A DNA stretch of 64,000 nucleotides from assembly GCA_964016885.1 (NCBI GenBank), contig OZ024743.1, positions 133,238,001 to 133,302,000 of the forward strand. The letters are read 5' to 3'. Under the pieces are notes generated by a model. It was not told where the DNA came from, searched no databases, and saw nothing but the letters and a program-made list of their open reading frames with translations. Positions within the stretch are counted from its first letter, which is position 1, and every line of letters starts with the position of its first letter. Below are positions 48,620 through 61,200 of the stretch, piece after piece. The DNA comes from Eledone cirrhosa. Taxonomy: Eukaryota. The translations under genes and the position numbers were made by a program.

Positions 48620-51600
48620 CTTGGTGTTTGGTGTTTGGTGCTTGGTGTTTGGTGCTTGGTGCTTTGTGCTTGGTGTTTGGTGCTGGGTGTATGGTGTTTG
48701 GTGCTTGGTGCTTGGTGCTTGGTGTTTGGTGTTTGGTGCTTGGTACTTGGTGTTTGGTGTTTGATGCTTGGTGTTTGATGCTTGTTGCTTGGTGCTTGGT
48801 GTTTTGTGTTTGGTGTCTGGTGCTTGGTGTTTGGTGCTTGGTGCTTGGTGTTTGGTGCTTGGTGTTTGGTGTTTGGTGTTTGGTGTTTGGTGCTTGGTGC
48901 TTGGTGTTTGGTGCTTGGTGCTTGGTGCTGGGTGTTTGGTGCTTGGTGCTTGGTGTTTGGTGCTTGGTGCTTGATGCTTGGTGCTTGGTGTTTGGTCCTT
49001 GGTCATTGGTGCTTGGTCTTTGGTGCTTGGGGTTTGGTGTTTGGTGCTTGGTGCTTGGTGTTTGGTGCTTGGTGCTTGGTGCTTGGTGTTTGGTGTTTGG
49101 TGCTTGCTGCTTGGTGCTTGGTGTTTGGTGCTTGGTGCTTGGTGATTAGTGTTTGGTGCATGCTGCTTGGTGTTTGTTGTTTGGTGCTTGGTGCTTGGTG
49201 TTAGGTTTTTGGTGCTTGGGGCTTGGTGTTTGGTGTTTGGTGCTTGGTGCTTGGTGTTTGGTGTTTGGTGCTTGGTGTTTGGTGCTTGGTGCTTTGTGCT
49301 TGGTGTTTGGTGCTGGGTGTATGGTGTTTGGTGCTTGGTGCTTGGTGCTTGGTGTTTGGTGTTTGGTGCTTGGTACTTGGTGTTTGGTGTTTGATGCTTG
49401 GTGTTTGATGCTTGTTGCTTGGTGCTTGGTGTTTTGTGTTTGGTGTCTGGTGCTTGGTGTTTGGTGCTTGGTGCTTGGTGTTTGGTGCTTGGTGTTTGGT
49501 GTTTGGTGTTTGGTGTTTGGTGCTTGGTGCTTGGTGTTTGGTGCTTGGTGCTTGGTGCTGGGTGTTTGGTGCTTGGTGCTTGGTGTTTGGTGCTTGGTGC
49601 TTGATGCTTGGTGCTTGGTGTTTGGTCCTTGGTCATTGGTGCTTGGTCTTTGGTGCTTGGGGTTTGGTGTTTGGTGCTTGGTGCTTGGTGTTTGGTGCTT
49701 GGTGCTTGGTGCTTGGTGTTTGGTGTTTGGTGCTTGCTGCTTGGTGCTTGGTGTTTGGTGCTTGGTGCTTGGTGATTAGTGTTTGGTGCATGCTGCTTGG
49801 TGTTTGTTGTTTGGTGCTTGGTGCTTGGTGTTTGGTGCTTGGTGCTTGCTGTTTGGTGTTTTGTGTTTGGTGCTTGGTGCTTGGTGTTTGGTGTTTGGTG
49901 TTTGGTGTTTGGTGTTTGGTGCTTGGTGCTTGGTGTTTGGTGCTTGGTGCTTGGTGCTTGGTGTTTGGAGCTTGGTGCTTGGTGTTTGGTACTTGGTGCT
50001 TGGTGTTTGGTGTTTGGTGCTTGGTGTTTGGTGCTTGGTGCTTGGTGCTTGGTGTTAAGTGTTTGGTGCTTGGTGCTTCGTGTTTGGTGCTTCGTGCTTG
50101 GTGCTTGGTGTTTGGTGCATGGTGCTTGATGTTTGGGGCTTGGTGCCTGGTGCTTGGTGTTTGGTGCTTGGTGCTTGGTGCTTGGTGTTTGGTGTTTGGT
50201 GCTTGGTGCTTGGTGTTTGGTGCTTGGTGTTTGGTGCTTGGTGTTCGGTGCTTGGTGCTTGGTGCTTGGTACTTGGTGTTAGGTTTTTGGTGCTTGGGGC
50301 TTGGTGTTTGGTGTTTGGTGCTTGGTGCTTGGTGTTTGGTGTTTGGTGCTTGGTGTTTGGTGTTTGGTGCTTTGTGCTTGGTGTTTGGTGCTGGGTGTAT
50401 GGTGTTTGGTGCTTGGTGCTTGGTGCTTGGTGTTTGGTGTTTGGTGCTTGGTACTTGGTGTTTGGTGTTTGATGCTTGGTGTTTGATGCTTGTTGCTTGG
50501 TGCTTGGTGTTTTGTGTTTGGTGTTTGGTGCTTGGTGTATGTACTTGGTGCTTGGTGCTTGGTGCTTGGTGTTTGGTGCTTGGTGTTTGGTGCTTGGTGT
50601 TCGGTGCTTGGTGCTTGGTGCTTGGTACTTGGTGTTAGGTTTTTGGTGCTTGGGGCTTGGTGTTTGGTGTTTGGTGCTTGGTGCTTGGTGTTTGGTGTTT
50701 GGTGCTTGGTGTTTGGTGTTTGGTGCTTTGTGCTTGGTGTTTGGTGCTGGGTGTATGGTGTTTGGAGCTTGGTGCTTGGTGCTTGGTGTTTGGTTTTAAG
50801 TGTTTAGTGCTTGGTGCATGGTGTTTGGTGCCTCGTGCTTGGTGCTTGGTGTTTGGTGCATGGTGCTTGGTGTTTGGGGCTTGGTGCCTGGTGCTTTGTG
50901 TTTGGTGCTAGGTGCTTGGTGCTTGGTCTTTGGTGATTGGTGCTTGGTGCTTGGTGCTTGGTGTTTGGTGCTTGGTGCTTGGTGCTTGGTTATTAGTGTT
51001 TGGTGCTTGGTGCTTGGGGTTTGGTGTTTGGTGCTTGGTGCTTGGTGTTTGGTGTTTGCTGTATGGTGTTTGCTGTTTGGTGTTTGGTGTTTGCTGTTTG
51101 GTGTTTAATGCTTGGTGCTTGGTGCTTGGTGTTTGGTGGTTGGTGCTTGGTGCTTGGTGATTGGCGTTTGCTCTTTGCTGTTTGGTGTTTGGTGCTTGCT
51201 GTTTGGTGTTTGGTGTTTGGTGTTTGGTGTTTGGTGCTTGCTGTTTGGTGCTTGGTGCTTGGTGTTTGGTGTTTGGTGTTTGGTGCTTGGTGCTTGGTGT
51301 TTGGTGGTTGGTGCTTGGTGCTGGGTGTTTGGTGCTTGGTGCTTGGTGTTTGGTGCTTGGTGCTTGGTGCTTGGTGCTTGGTCTTTGGTGCTTGGTGTTT
51401 GGTGTTTGGTGCTTGGTGCTTGGTGTTTGGTGCTTGGTGATTGCTGCTTGGTGTTTGGTGTTTGGTGCTTGGTGCTTGTTGCTTGGTGATTAGTGTTTGG
51501 TGCTTGGTGCTTGGTGCCTTGTGCTTGGTGCTTGGTGCTTGTTGTTTGGTGCTTGGTGCTTGGTGATTAGTGTTTGGTGCTTGGTGCTTGGTGCCTGGTG

Positions 51601-54600
51601 CTTGGTGCTTGTTGTTTGGTGCTTGGTGCTTGGTGATTAGTGTTTGGTGCCTGGTGCTTGGTGCTTGCTGTGTGGTGGTTGCTGTTTGGTGCTTGGTGTT
51701 TGGTGCTTGGTGCTTGGTGCTGGGTGGTTGGTGCTTGGTGCTTGGTGTTTGGTGCTTGGTGCTTGGTGCTTGTTGTTTGGTGCTTGGTGATTGGTCTTTG
51801 GTGCTTGGTGTTTGGTGTTTGGTGCTTGGTGCTTGGTGCTTGGTTTTTGGTGCTTGGTGCTTGGTGCTTGGTGTTTGGTGCTTGGTGCTTGGTGCTTGTT
51901 GTTTGGTGTTTGGTGCTTGGTGCTTGGTGTTTGGTGCTTGGTGCCTGGTGCTTGGTGTTTGGTGCTTGGTGCTTGGTGTTTGCTGATTGGTGCTTGGTGC
52001 TTGGTGCTTAGTGCTTGGTGTTTGGTGTTTGGTGTTTGGTGTTTGGTGTTTCGTGCTTGGTGTCTAGTGTTTGGGTTTTGGTGTTTGGTGCTTGGTGCTT
52101 AGTGTTTGGTGTTTGGTGCTTGGTGCTTGGTGTTTGGTGTTTGGTGCTTGGTGTTTGGTGCTGGGTGCTTTGTGCTTGGTGTTTGGTGCTGGGTGTATGG
52201 TGTTTGGTGCTTGGTGCTTGGTGCTTGGTGCTTGGTGTTTGGTGTTTGGTGCTTGGTACTTGGTGTTTGGTTTTTGATGCTTGGTGTTTGATGCTTGTTG
52301 CTTGGTGCTTGGTGTTTTGTGTTTGGTGTTTGGTGCTTGGTGTATGTACTTGGTGCTTGGTGCTTGGTGTTTGGTGCTTGGTTCTTGGTGTTTGGTGCTT
52401 GGTGCTTGGTATTTGGTGCTTGGTGTTTGGTGTTTGGTGCTTGGTGTTTGGTACTTGGTGCTTGGTGCTTGGTGTTAAGTGTTTGGTGCTTGGTGCTTGG
52501 TGTTTGGTGCTTCGTGCTTGGTTCTTGGTGTTTGGTGCATGGTGCTTGGTGTTTGGGGCTTGGTGCCTGGTGTTTTGTGTTTGGTGCTAGGTGCTTGGTG
52601 CTTGGTCTTTGGTGTTTGGTGCTTGGTGCTTGGTGCTTGGTGCTTGGTTATTAGTGTTTGGTGCTTGGTGCTTGGGGTTTGGTGTTTGGTGCTTGGTGCT
52701 TGGTGTTTGGTGTTTGCTGTATGGTGTTTGCTGTTTCTTGTTTGGTGTTTGCTGTTTGGTGTTTAAGGCTTGGTGCTTGGTGCTTGGTGTTTGGTGCTTG
52801 GTGCTTGGTGCTTGGTGTTTGGTGTTTGCTCTTTGCTGTTTGGTGTTTGGTGCTTGCTGTTTGGTGTTTGGTGTTTGGTGTTTGGTGTTTGGTGCTTGCT
52901 GTTTGGTGCTTGGTGCTTGGTGCTGGGTGTTTGGTGCTTGGTGCTGGGTGTTTGGTGCTTGGTGCTTGGTGTTTGGTCCTTGGTGCTTGGTGCTTGGTCT
53001 TTGGTTCTTGGGGTTTGGTGTTTGGTGCTTGGTGCTCGGTGTTTGGTGCTTGGTGCTTGGTGCTTGGTGTTTGGTGTTTGCTGCTTGCTGCTTGGTGCTT
53101 GGTGTTTGGTGCTTGGTCCTTGGTGATTAGTGTTTGGTGCATGGTGCTTGGTGTTTGTTTCTGGTGCTTGGTGCTTGGTGTTTGGTGCTTGGTGCTTGCT
53201 GTTTGGTGTTTGGTGTTTGGTGCTTGGTGCTTGGTGTTTGGTGCTTGGTGTTTGGTTCTTGGTGTATGTACTTGGTGCTTGGTGCTTGGTGTTTGGTGCT
53301 TGGTTCTTGGTGTTTGGTACTTGGTGTTTGGTGTTTGGTGCTTGGTGTTTGGTGCTTGGTGTTTGGTGCTTGGTGCTTGGTGTTTGGTACTTGGTGCTTG
53401 GTGATTAGTGTTTGGTGCATGGTGCTTGGTGTTTGTTGTTTGGTGCTTGGTGCTTGGTGTTTGGTGCTTGGTGCTTCCTGTTTGGTGTTTGGTGTTTGCT
53501 GCTTGGTGCTTGGTGTTTGGTGCTTGGTGTTTGGTTCTTGGTGTATGCACTTGGTGCTTGGTTCTTGGTGTTTGGTGCTTGGTGTTTGGTGTTTGGTGCT
53601 TGGTGTTTGGTGCTTGGTGCTTGGTGCTTGGTGTTAAGTGTTTGGTGCATGGTGCTTGGTGTTTGGTGCTTCGTGCTTGGTGCTTGGTGTTTGGTGCATG
53701 GTGCTTGATGTTTGGGGCTTGGTGCCTGGTGCTTGGTGTTTGGTGCTTGGTGCTTGGTGCTTGGTGTTTGGTATTTGGTGCTTGGTGCTTGGTGTTTGGT
53801 GCTTGGTGTTTGGTGCTTGGTGTTCAGTGCTTGGTGCTTGGTGCTTGGTACTTGGTGTTAGGTTTTTGGTGCTTGGGGCTTGGTGTTTGGTGTTTGGTGC
53901 TTGGTGCTTGGTGTTTGGTGTTTGGTGCTTGGTGTTTGGTGCTTGGTGCTTTGTGCTTGGTGTTTGGTGCTGGGTGTATGGTGTTTGGTGCTTGGTGCTT
54001 GGTGCTTGGTGTTTGGTGTTTGGTGCTTGGTACTTGGTGTTTGGTGTTTGATGCTTGGTGTTTGATGCTTGTTGCTTGGTGCTTGGTGTTTTGTGTTTGG
54101 TGTCTGGTGCTTGGTGTTTGGTGCTTGGTGCTTGGTGTTTGGTGCTTGGTGTTTGGTGTTTGGTGTTTGGTGTTTGGTGCTTGGTGCTTGGTGTTTGGTG
54201 CTTGGTGCTTGGTGCTGGGTGTTTGGTGCTTGGTGCTTGGTGTTTGGTGCTTGGTGCTTGATGCTTGGTGCTTGGTGTTTGGTCCTTGGTCATTGGTGCT
54301 TGGTCTTTGGTGCTTGGGGTTTGGTGTTTGGTGCTTGGTGCTTGGTGTTTGGTGCTTGGTGCTTGGTGCTTGGTGTTTGGTGTTTGGTGCTTGCTGCTTG
54401 GTGCTTGGTGTTTGGTGCTTGGTGCTTGGTGATTAGTGTTTGGTGCATGCTGCTTGGTGTTTGTTGTTTGGTGCTTGGTGCTTGGTGTTTGGTGCTTGGT
54501 GCTTGCTGTTTGGTGTTTTGTGTTTGGTGCTTGGTGCTTGGTGTTTGGTGTTTGGTGTTTGGTGTTTGGTGTTTGGTGCTTGGTGCTTGGTGTTTGGTGC

Positions 54601-55221
54601 TTGGTGCTTGGTGCTTGGTGTTTGGAGCTTGGTGCTTGGTGTTTGGTACTTGGTGCTTGGTGTTTGGTGTTTGGTGCTTGGTGTTTGGTGCTTGGTGCTT
54701 GGTGCTTGGTGTTAAGTGTTTGGTGCTTGGTGCTTCGTGTTTGGTGCTTCGTGCTTGGTGCTTGGTGTTTGGTGCATGGTGCTTGATGTTTGGGGCTTGG
54801 TGCCTGGTGCTTGGTGTTTGGTGCTTGGTGCTTGGTGCTTGGTGTTTGGTGTTTGGTGCTTGGTGCTTGGTGTTTGGTGCTTGGTGTTTGGTGCTTGGTG
54901 TTCGGTGCTTGGTGCTTGGTGCTTGGTACTTGGTGTTAGGTTTTTGGTGCTTGGGGCTTGGTGTTTGGTGTTTGGTGCTTGGTGCTTGGTGTTTGGTGTT
55001 TGGTGCTTGGTGTTTGGTGTTTGGTGCTTTGTGCTTGGTGTTTGGTGCTGGGTGTATGGTGTTTGGTGCTTGGTGCTTGGTGCTTGGTGTTTGGTGTTTG
55101 GTGCTTGGTACTTGGTGTTTGGTGTTTGATGCTTGGTGTTTGATGCTTGTTGCTTGGTGCTTGGTGTTTTGTGTTTGGTGTTTGGTGCTTGGTGTATGTA
55201 CTTGGTGCTTGGTGCTTGGTG
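28964..55221 (+). repeat. 4,657 bp HOR 'A' (666 monomers): copies start ~28964, ~33621 (truncated at ~36975), ~40608, ~45265 (with +630 dup), ~50552
   Basis: Identical ORFs at 29069/33726/40713/45370/50657. Private markers TTAAGGC, TTCCTGT, ATGCAC (31957/36614/43601/48258/53545), TCAGTGC, GGTCATT. Interval 36976-40607 is not A-type. Confidence 0.93.
48565..49824 (+). repeat. Tandem duplication of 630 bp (90 monomers) inside the fourth A copy
   Basis: TAGGTTT 48572->49202, GCATGC 49158->49788, ORFs 48593->49223 and 48768->49398. Confidence 0.93.
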
Positions 55222-58200
55222 TTTGGTGCTTGGTTCTTGGTGTTTGGTGCTTGGTGCTTGGTGCTTGGTGTTTGGTGCTTGGTGCTTGGTGTTTGGTGCT
55301 TGGTGTTTGGTGTTTGGTGCTTGGTGTTTGGTACTTGGTGCTTGGTGCTTTGTTTTAAGTGTTTAGTGCTTGGTGCTTGGTGTTTGGTGCTTCGTGCTTG
55401 GTGCTTGGTGTTTGGTGCATGGTGCTTGGTGTTTGGGGCTTGGTGCCTGGTGCTTTGTGTTTGGTGCTAGGTGCTTGGTGCTTGGTCTTTGGTGCTTGGT
55501 GCTTGGTGCTTGGTGCTTGGTGTTTGGTGCTTGGTGCTTGGTGCTTGGTTATTAGTGCTTGGTGCTTGGTGTTTGGTGTTTAATGCTTGGTGCTTGGTGC
55601 TTGGTGTTTGGTGCTTGGTGCTTGGTGCTTGGTGTTTGGCGTTTGCTCTTTGCTGTTTGGTGTTTGGTGCTTGCTGTTTGGTGTTTGGTGTTTGGTGTTT
55701 GGTGTTTGGTGCTTGCTGTTTGGTGCTTGGTGCTTGGTGTTTGGTGTTTGGTGTTTGGTGCTTGGTGCTTGGTGTTTGGTGGTTGGTGCTTGGTGCTGGG
55801 TGTTTGGTGCTTGGTGCTTGGTGTTTGGTGCTTGGTGCTTGGTGCTTGGTGCTTGGTCTTTGGTGCTTGGTGTTTGGTGTTTGGTGCTTGGTGCTTGGTG
55901 TTTGGTGCTTGGGGCTTGGTGTTTGGTGCTTGGTGATTGCTGCTTGGTGTTTGGTGTTTGGTGCTTGGTGCTTGGTGCTTGGTGATTAGTGTTTGGTGCT
56001 TGGTGCTTGGTGCCTTGTGCTTGGTGCTTGGTGCTTGTTGTTTGGTGCTTGGAGCTTGGTGATTAGTGTTTGGTGCTTGGTGCTTGGTGCCTGGTGCTTG
56101 GTGCTTGTTGTTTGGTGCTTGGTGCTTGGTGATTAATGTTTGGTGCCTGGTGCTTGGTGCTTGCTGTTTGGTGGTTGCTGTTTGGTGCTTGGTGTTTGGT
56201 GCTTGGTGCTTGGTGCTGGGTGGTTGGTGTTTGGTGCTTGGTGCTTGGTGTTTGGTGCTTGGTGCTTGGTGCTTGTTGTTTGGTGCTTGGTGCTTGGTCT
56301 TTGGTGCTTGGTGTTTGGTGTGTGGTGCTTGGTGCTTGGTGCTTGGTTTTTGGTGCTTGGTGCTTGGTGCTTGGTGTTTGGTGCTTGGTGCTTGGTGCTT
56401 GTTGTTTGGTGTTTGGTGCTTGGTGCTTGGTGTTTGGTGCTTGGTGCCTGGTGCTTGGTGTTTGGTGCTTGGTGCTTGGTGTTTGCTGATTGGTGCTTGG
56501 TGCTTGGTGCTTAGTGCTTGGTGTTTGGTGTTTGGTGTTTGGTGTTTCGTGTTTCGTGCTTGGTGTCTAGTGTTTGGGTTTTGGTGTTTGGTGCTTTGTG
56601 CTTAGTGTTTGGTGTTTGGTGCTTGGTGCTTGGTGTTTGGTGTTTGGTGCTTGGTGTTTGGTGCTGGGTGCTTTGTGCTTGGTGTTTGGTGCTGGGTGTA
56701 TGGTGTTTGGTGCTTGGTGCTTGGTGCTTGGTGTTTGGTGTTTGGTGCTTGGTACTTGGTGTTTGGTGTTTGATGCTTGGTGTTTGATGCTTGTTGCTTG
56801 GTGCTTGGTGTTTTGTGTTTGGTGTTTGGTGCTTGGTGTATGTACTTGGTGCTTGGTGCTTGGTGTTCGGTGCTTGGTTCTTGGTGTTTGGTGCTTGGTG
56901 CTTGGTGTTTGGTGCTTGGTGTTTGGTGTTTGGTGCTTGGTGTTTGGTACTTGGTGCTTGGTGCTTGGTGTTAAATGTTTGGTGCTTGGTGCTTGGTGTT
57001 TGGTGCTTTGTGCTTGGTTCTTGGTGTTTGGTGCATGGTGCTTGGTGTTTGGGGCTTGGTGCCTGGTGCTTTGTGTTTGGTGCTAGGTGCTTGGTGCTTG
57101 GTCTTTGGTGTTTGGTGCTTGGTGCTTGGTGCTTGGTGTTTGGTGCTTGGTGCTTGGTGCTTGGTTATTAATGTTTGGTGCTTGGTGCTTGGGGTTTGGT
57201 GTTTGGTGCTTGGTGCTTGGTGTTTGGTGTTTGCTGTATGGTGTTTGCTGTTTCGTGTTTGGTGTTTGCTGTTTGGTGTTTAATGCTTGGTGCTTGGTGC
57301 TTGGTGTTTGGTGCTTGGTGCTTGGTGCTTGGTGTTTGTCGTTTGCTCTTTGCTGTTTGGTGTTTGGTGCTTGCTGTTTGGTGTTTGGTGTTTGGTGTTT
57401 GGTGTTTGGTGCTTGCTGTTTGGTGCTTGGTGCTTGGTGCTGGGTGTTTGGTGCTTGGTGCTGGGTGTTTGGTGCTTGGTGCTTGGTGTTTGGTCCTTGG
57501 TGCTTGGTGCTTGGTCTTTGGTGCTTGGGGTTTGGTGTTTGGTGCTTGGTGCTCGGTGTTTGGTGCTTGGTGCTTGGTGCTTGGTGTTTGGTGTTTGGTG
57601 CTTGCTGCTTGGTGCTTGGTGTTTGGTGCTTGGTCCTTGGTGATTAGTGTTTGGTGCATGGTGCTTGGTGTTTGTTGTTTGGTGCTTGGTGCTTGGTGTT
57701 TGGTGCTTGGTGCTTGCTGTTTGGTGTTTGGTGTTTGGTGCTTGGTGCTTGGTGTTTGGTGCTTGGTGTTTGGTTCTTGGTGTATGTACTTGGTGCTTGG
57801 TGCTTGGTGTTTGGTGCTTGGTTCTTGGTGTTTGGTGCTTGGTGTTTGGTGCTTGGTGTTTGGTGCTTGGTGCTTGGTGTTTGGTACTTGGTGCTTGGTG
57901 ATTAGTGTTTGGTGCATGGTGCTTGGTGTTTGTTGTTTGGTGCTTGGTGCTTGGTGTTTGGTGCTTGGTGCTTGCTGTTTGGTGTTTGGTGTTTGGTGCT
58001 TGGTGCTTGGTGTTTGGTGCTTGGTGTTTGGTTCTTGGTGTATGTACTTGGTGCTTGGTGCTTGGTGTTTGGTGCTTGGTTCTTGGTGTTTGGTGCTTGG
58101 TGTTTGGTGTTTGGTGCTTGGTGTTTGGTGCTTGGTGCTTGGTGCTTGGTGTTAAGTGTTTGGTGCATGGTGCTTGGTGTTTGGTGCTTCGTGCTTGGTG

Positions 58201-61200
58201 CTTGGTGTTTGGTGCATGGTGCTTGATGTTTGGGGCTTGGTGCCTGGTGCTTGGTGTTTGGTGCTTGGTGCTTGGTGCTTGGTGTTTGGTGTTTGGTGCT
58301 TGGTGCTTGGTGTTTGGTGCTTGGTGTTTGGTGCTTGGTGTTCGGTGCTTGGTGCTTGGTGCTTGGTACTTGGTGTTAGGTTTTTGGTGCTTGGGGCTTG
58401 GTGTTTGGTGTTTGGTGCTTGGTGCTTGGTGTTTGGTGTTTGGTGCTTGGTGTTTGGTGCTTGGTTCTTGGTGTTTGGTGCTTGCTGCTTGGTGCTTGGT
58501 GTTTGGTGCTTGGTGCTTGGTGATTAGTGTTTGGTGCATGCTGCTTGGTGTTTGTTGTTTGGTGCTTGGTGCTTGGTGTTTGGTGCTTGGTGCTTGCTGT
58601 TTGGTGTTTTGTGTTTGGTGCTTGGTGCTTGGTGTTTGGTGTTTGGTGTTTGGTGTTTGGTGTTTGGTGCTTGGTGCTTGGTGTTTGGTGCTTGGTGCTT
58701 GGTGCTTGGTGTTTGGAGCTTGGTGCTTGGTGTTTCGTACTTGGTGCTTGGTGTTTGGTGTTTGGTGCTTGGTGTTTGGTGCTTGGTGCTTGGTGCTTGG
58801 TGTTAAGTGTTTGGTGCTTGGTGCTTCGTGTTTGGTGCTTCGTGCTTGGTGCTTGGTGTTTGGTGCATGGTGCTTGATGTTTGGGGCTTGGTGCCTGGTG
58901 CTTGGTGTTTGGTGCTTGGTGCTTGGTGCTTGGTGTTTGGTGTTTGGTGCTTGGTGCTTGGTGTTTGGTGCTTGGTGTTTGGTGCTTGGTGTTCGGTGCT
59001 TGGTGCTTGGTGCTTGGTACTTGGTGTTAGGTTTTTGGTGCTTGGGGCTTGGTGTTTGGTGTTTGGTGCTTGGTGCTTGGTGTTTGGTGTTTGGTGCTTG
59101 GTGTTTGGTGTTTGGTGCTTTGTGCTTGGTGTTTGGTGCTGGGTGTATGGTGTTTGGTGCTTGGTGCTTGGTGCTTGGTGTTTGGTGTTTGGTGCTTGGT
59201 ACTTGGTGTTTGGTGTTTGATGCTTGGTGTTTGATGCTTGTTGCTTGGTGCTTGGTGTTTTGTGTTTGGTGTTTGGTGCTTGGTGTATGTACTTGGTGCT
59301 TGGTGCTTGGTGTTTGGTGCTTGGTTCTTGGTGTTTGGTGCTTGGTGCTTGGTGCTTGGTGTTTGGTGCTTGGTGCTTGGTGTTTGGTGCTTGGTGTTTG
59401 GTGTTTGGTGCTTGGTGTTTGGTACTTGGTGCTTGGTGCTTTGTTTTAAGTGTTTAGTGCTTGGTGCTTGGTGTTTGGTGCTTCGTGCTTGGTGCTTGGT
59501 GTTTGGTGCATGGTGCTTGGTGTTTGGGGCTTGGTGCCTGGTGCTTTGTGTTTGGTGCTAGGTGCTTGGTGCTTGGTCTTTGGTGCTTGGTGCTTGGTGC
59601 TTGGTGCTTGGTGTTTGGTGCTTGGTGCTTGGTGCTTGGTTATTAGTGCTTGGTGCTTGGTGTTTGGTGTTTAATGCTTGGTGCTTGGTGCTTGGTGTTT
59701 GGTGCTTGGTGCTTGGTGCTTGGTGTTTGGCGTTTGCTCTTTGCTGTTTGGTGTTTGGTGCTTGCTGTTTGGTGTTTGGTGTTTGGTGTTTGGTGTTTGG
59801 TGCTTGCTGTTTGGTGCTTGGTGCTTGGTGTTTGGTGTTTGGTGTTTGGTGCTTGGTGCTTGGTGTTTGGTGGTTGGTGCTTGGTGCTGGGTGTTTGGTG
59901 CTTGGTGCTTGGTGTTTGGTGCTTGGTGCTTGGTGCTTGGTGCTTGGTCTTTGGTGCTTGGTGTTTGGTGTTTGGTGCTTGGTGCTTGGTGTTTGGTGCT
60001 TGGGGCTTGGTGTTTGGTGCTTGGTGATTGCTGCTTGGTGTTTGGTGTTTGGTGCTTGGTGCTTGGTGCTTGGTGATTAGTGTTTGGTGCTTGGTGCTTG
60101 GTGCCTTGTGCTTGGTGCTTGGTGCTTGTTGTTTGGTGCTTGGAGCTTGGTGATTAGTGTTTGGTGCTTGGTGCTTGGTGCCTGGTGCTTGGTGCTTGTT
60201 GTTTGGTGCTTGGTGCTTGGTGATTAATGTTTGGTGCCTGGTGCTTGGTGCTTGCTGTTTGGTGGTTGCTGTTTGGTGCTTGGTGTTTGGTGCTTGGTGC
60301 TTGGTGCTGGGTGGTTGGTGTTTGGTGCTTGGTGCTTGGTGTTTGGTGCTTGGTGCTTGGTGCTTGTTGTTTGGTGCTTGGTGCTTGGTCTTTGGTGCTT
60401 GGTGTTTGGTGTGTGGTGCTTGGTGCTTGGTGCTTGGTTTTTGGTGCTTGGTGCTTGGTGCTTGGTGTTTGGTGCTTGGTGCTTGGTGCTTGTTGTTTGG
60501 TGTTTGGTGCTTGGTGCTTGGTGTTTGGTGCTTGGTGCCTGGTGCTTGGTGTTTGGTGCTTGGTGCTTGGTGTTTGCTGATTGGTGCTTGGTGCTTGGTG
60601 CTTAGTGCTTGGTGTTTGGTGTTTGGTGTTTGGTGTTTCGTGTTTCGTGCTTGGTGTCTAGTGTTTGGGTTTTGGTGTTTGGTGCTTTGTGCTTAGTGTT
60701 TGGTGTTTGGTGCTTGGTGCTTGGTGTTTGGTGTTTGGTGCTTGGTGTTTGGTGCTGGGTGCTTTGTGCTTGGTGTTTGGTGCTGGGTGTATGGTGTTTG
60801 GTGCTTGGTGCTTGGTGCTTGGTGTTTGGTGTTTGGTGCTTGGTACTTGGTGTTTGGTGTTTGATGCTTGGTGTTTGATGCTTGTTGCTTGGTGCTTGGT
60901 GTTTTGTGTTTGGTGTTTGGTGCTTGGTGTATGTACTTGGTGCTTGGTGCTTGGTGTTCGGTGCTTGGTTCTTGGTGTTTGGTGCTTGGTGCTTGGTGTT
61001 TGGTGCTTGGTGTTTGGTGTTTGGTGCTTGGTGTTTGGTACTTGGTGCTTGGTGCTTGGTGTTAAATGTTTGGTGCTTGGTGCTTGGTGTTTGGTGCTTT
61101 GTGCTTGGTTCTTGGTGTTTGGTGCATGGTGCTTGGTGTTTGGGGCTTGGTGCCTGGTGCTTTGTGTTTGGTGCTAGGTGCTTGGTGCTTGGTCTTTGGT

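Noticed and set aside
57905-59449. Plus-strand hydrophobic ORFs of (WCLVLGA)n resembling membrane proteins
   Set aside because: Same artefact. They overlap in all three frames, and ends are set by chance TGA/TAG/TAA variant monomers.
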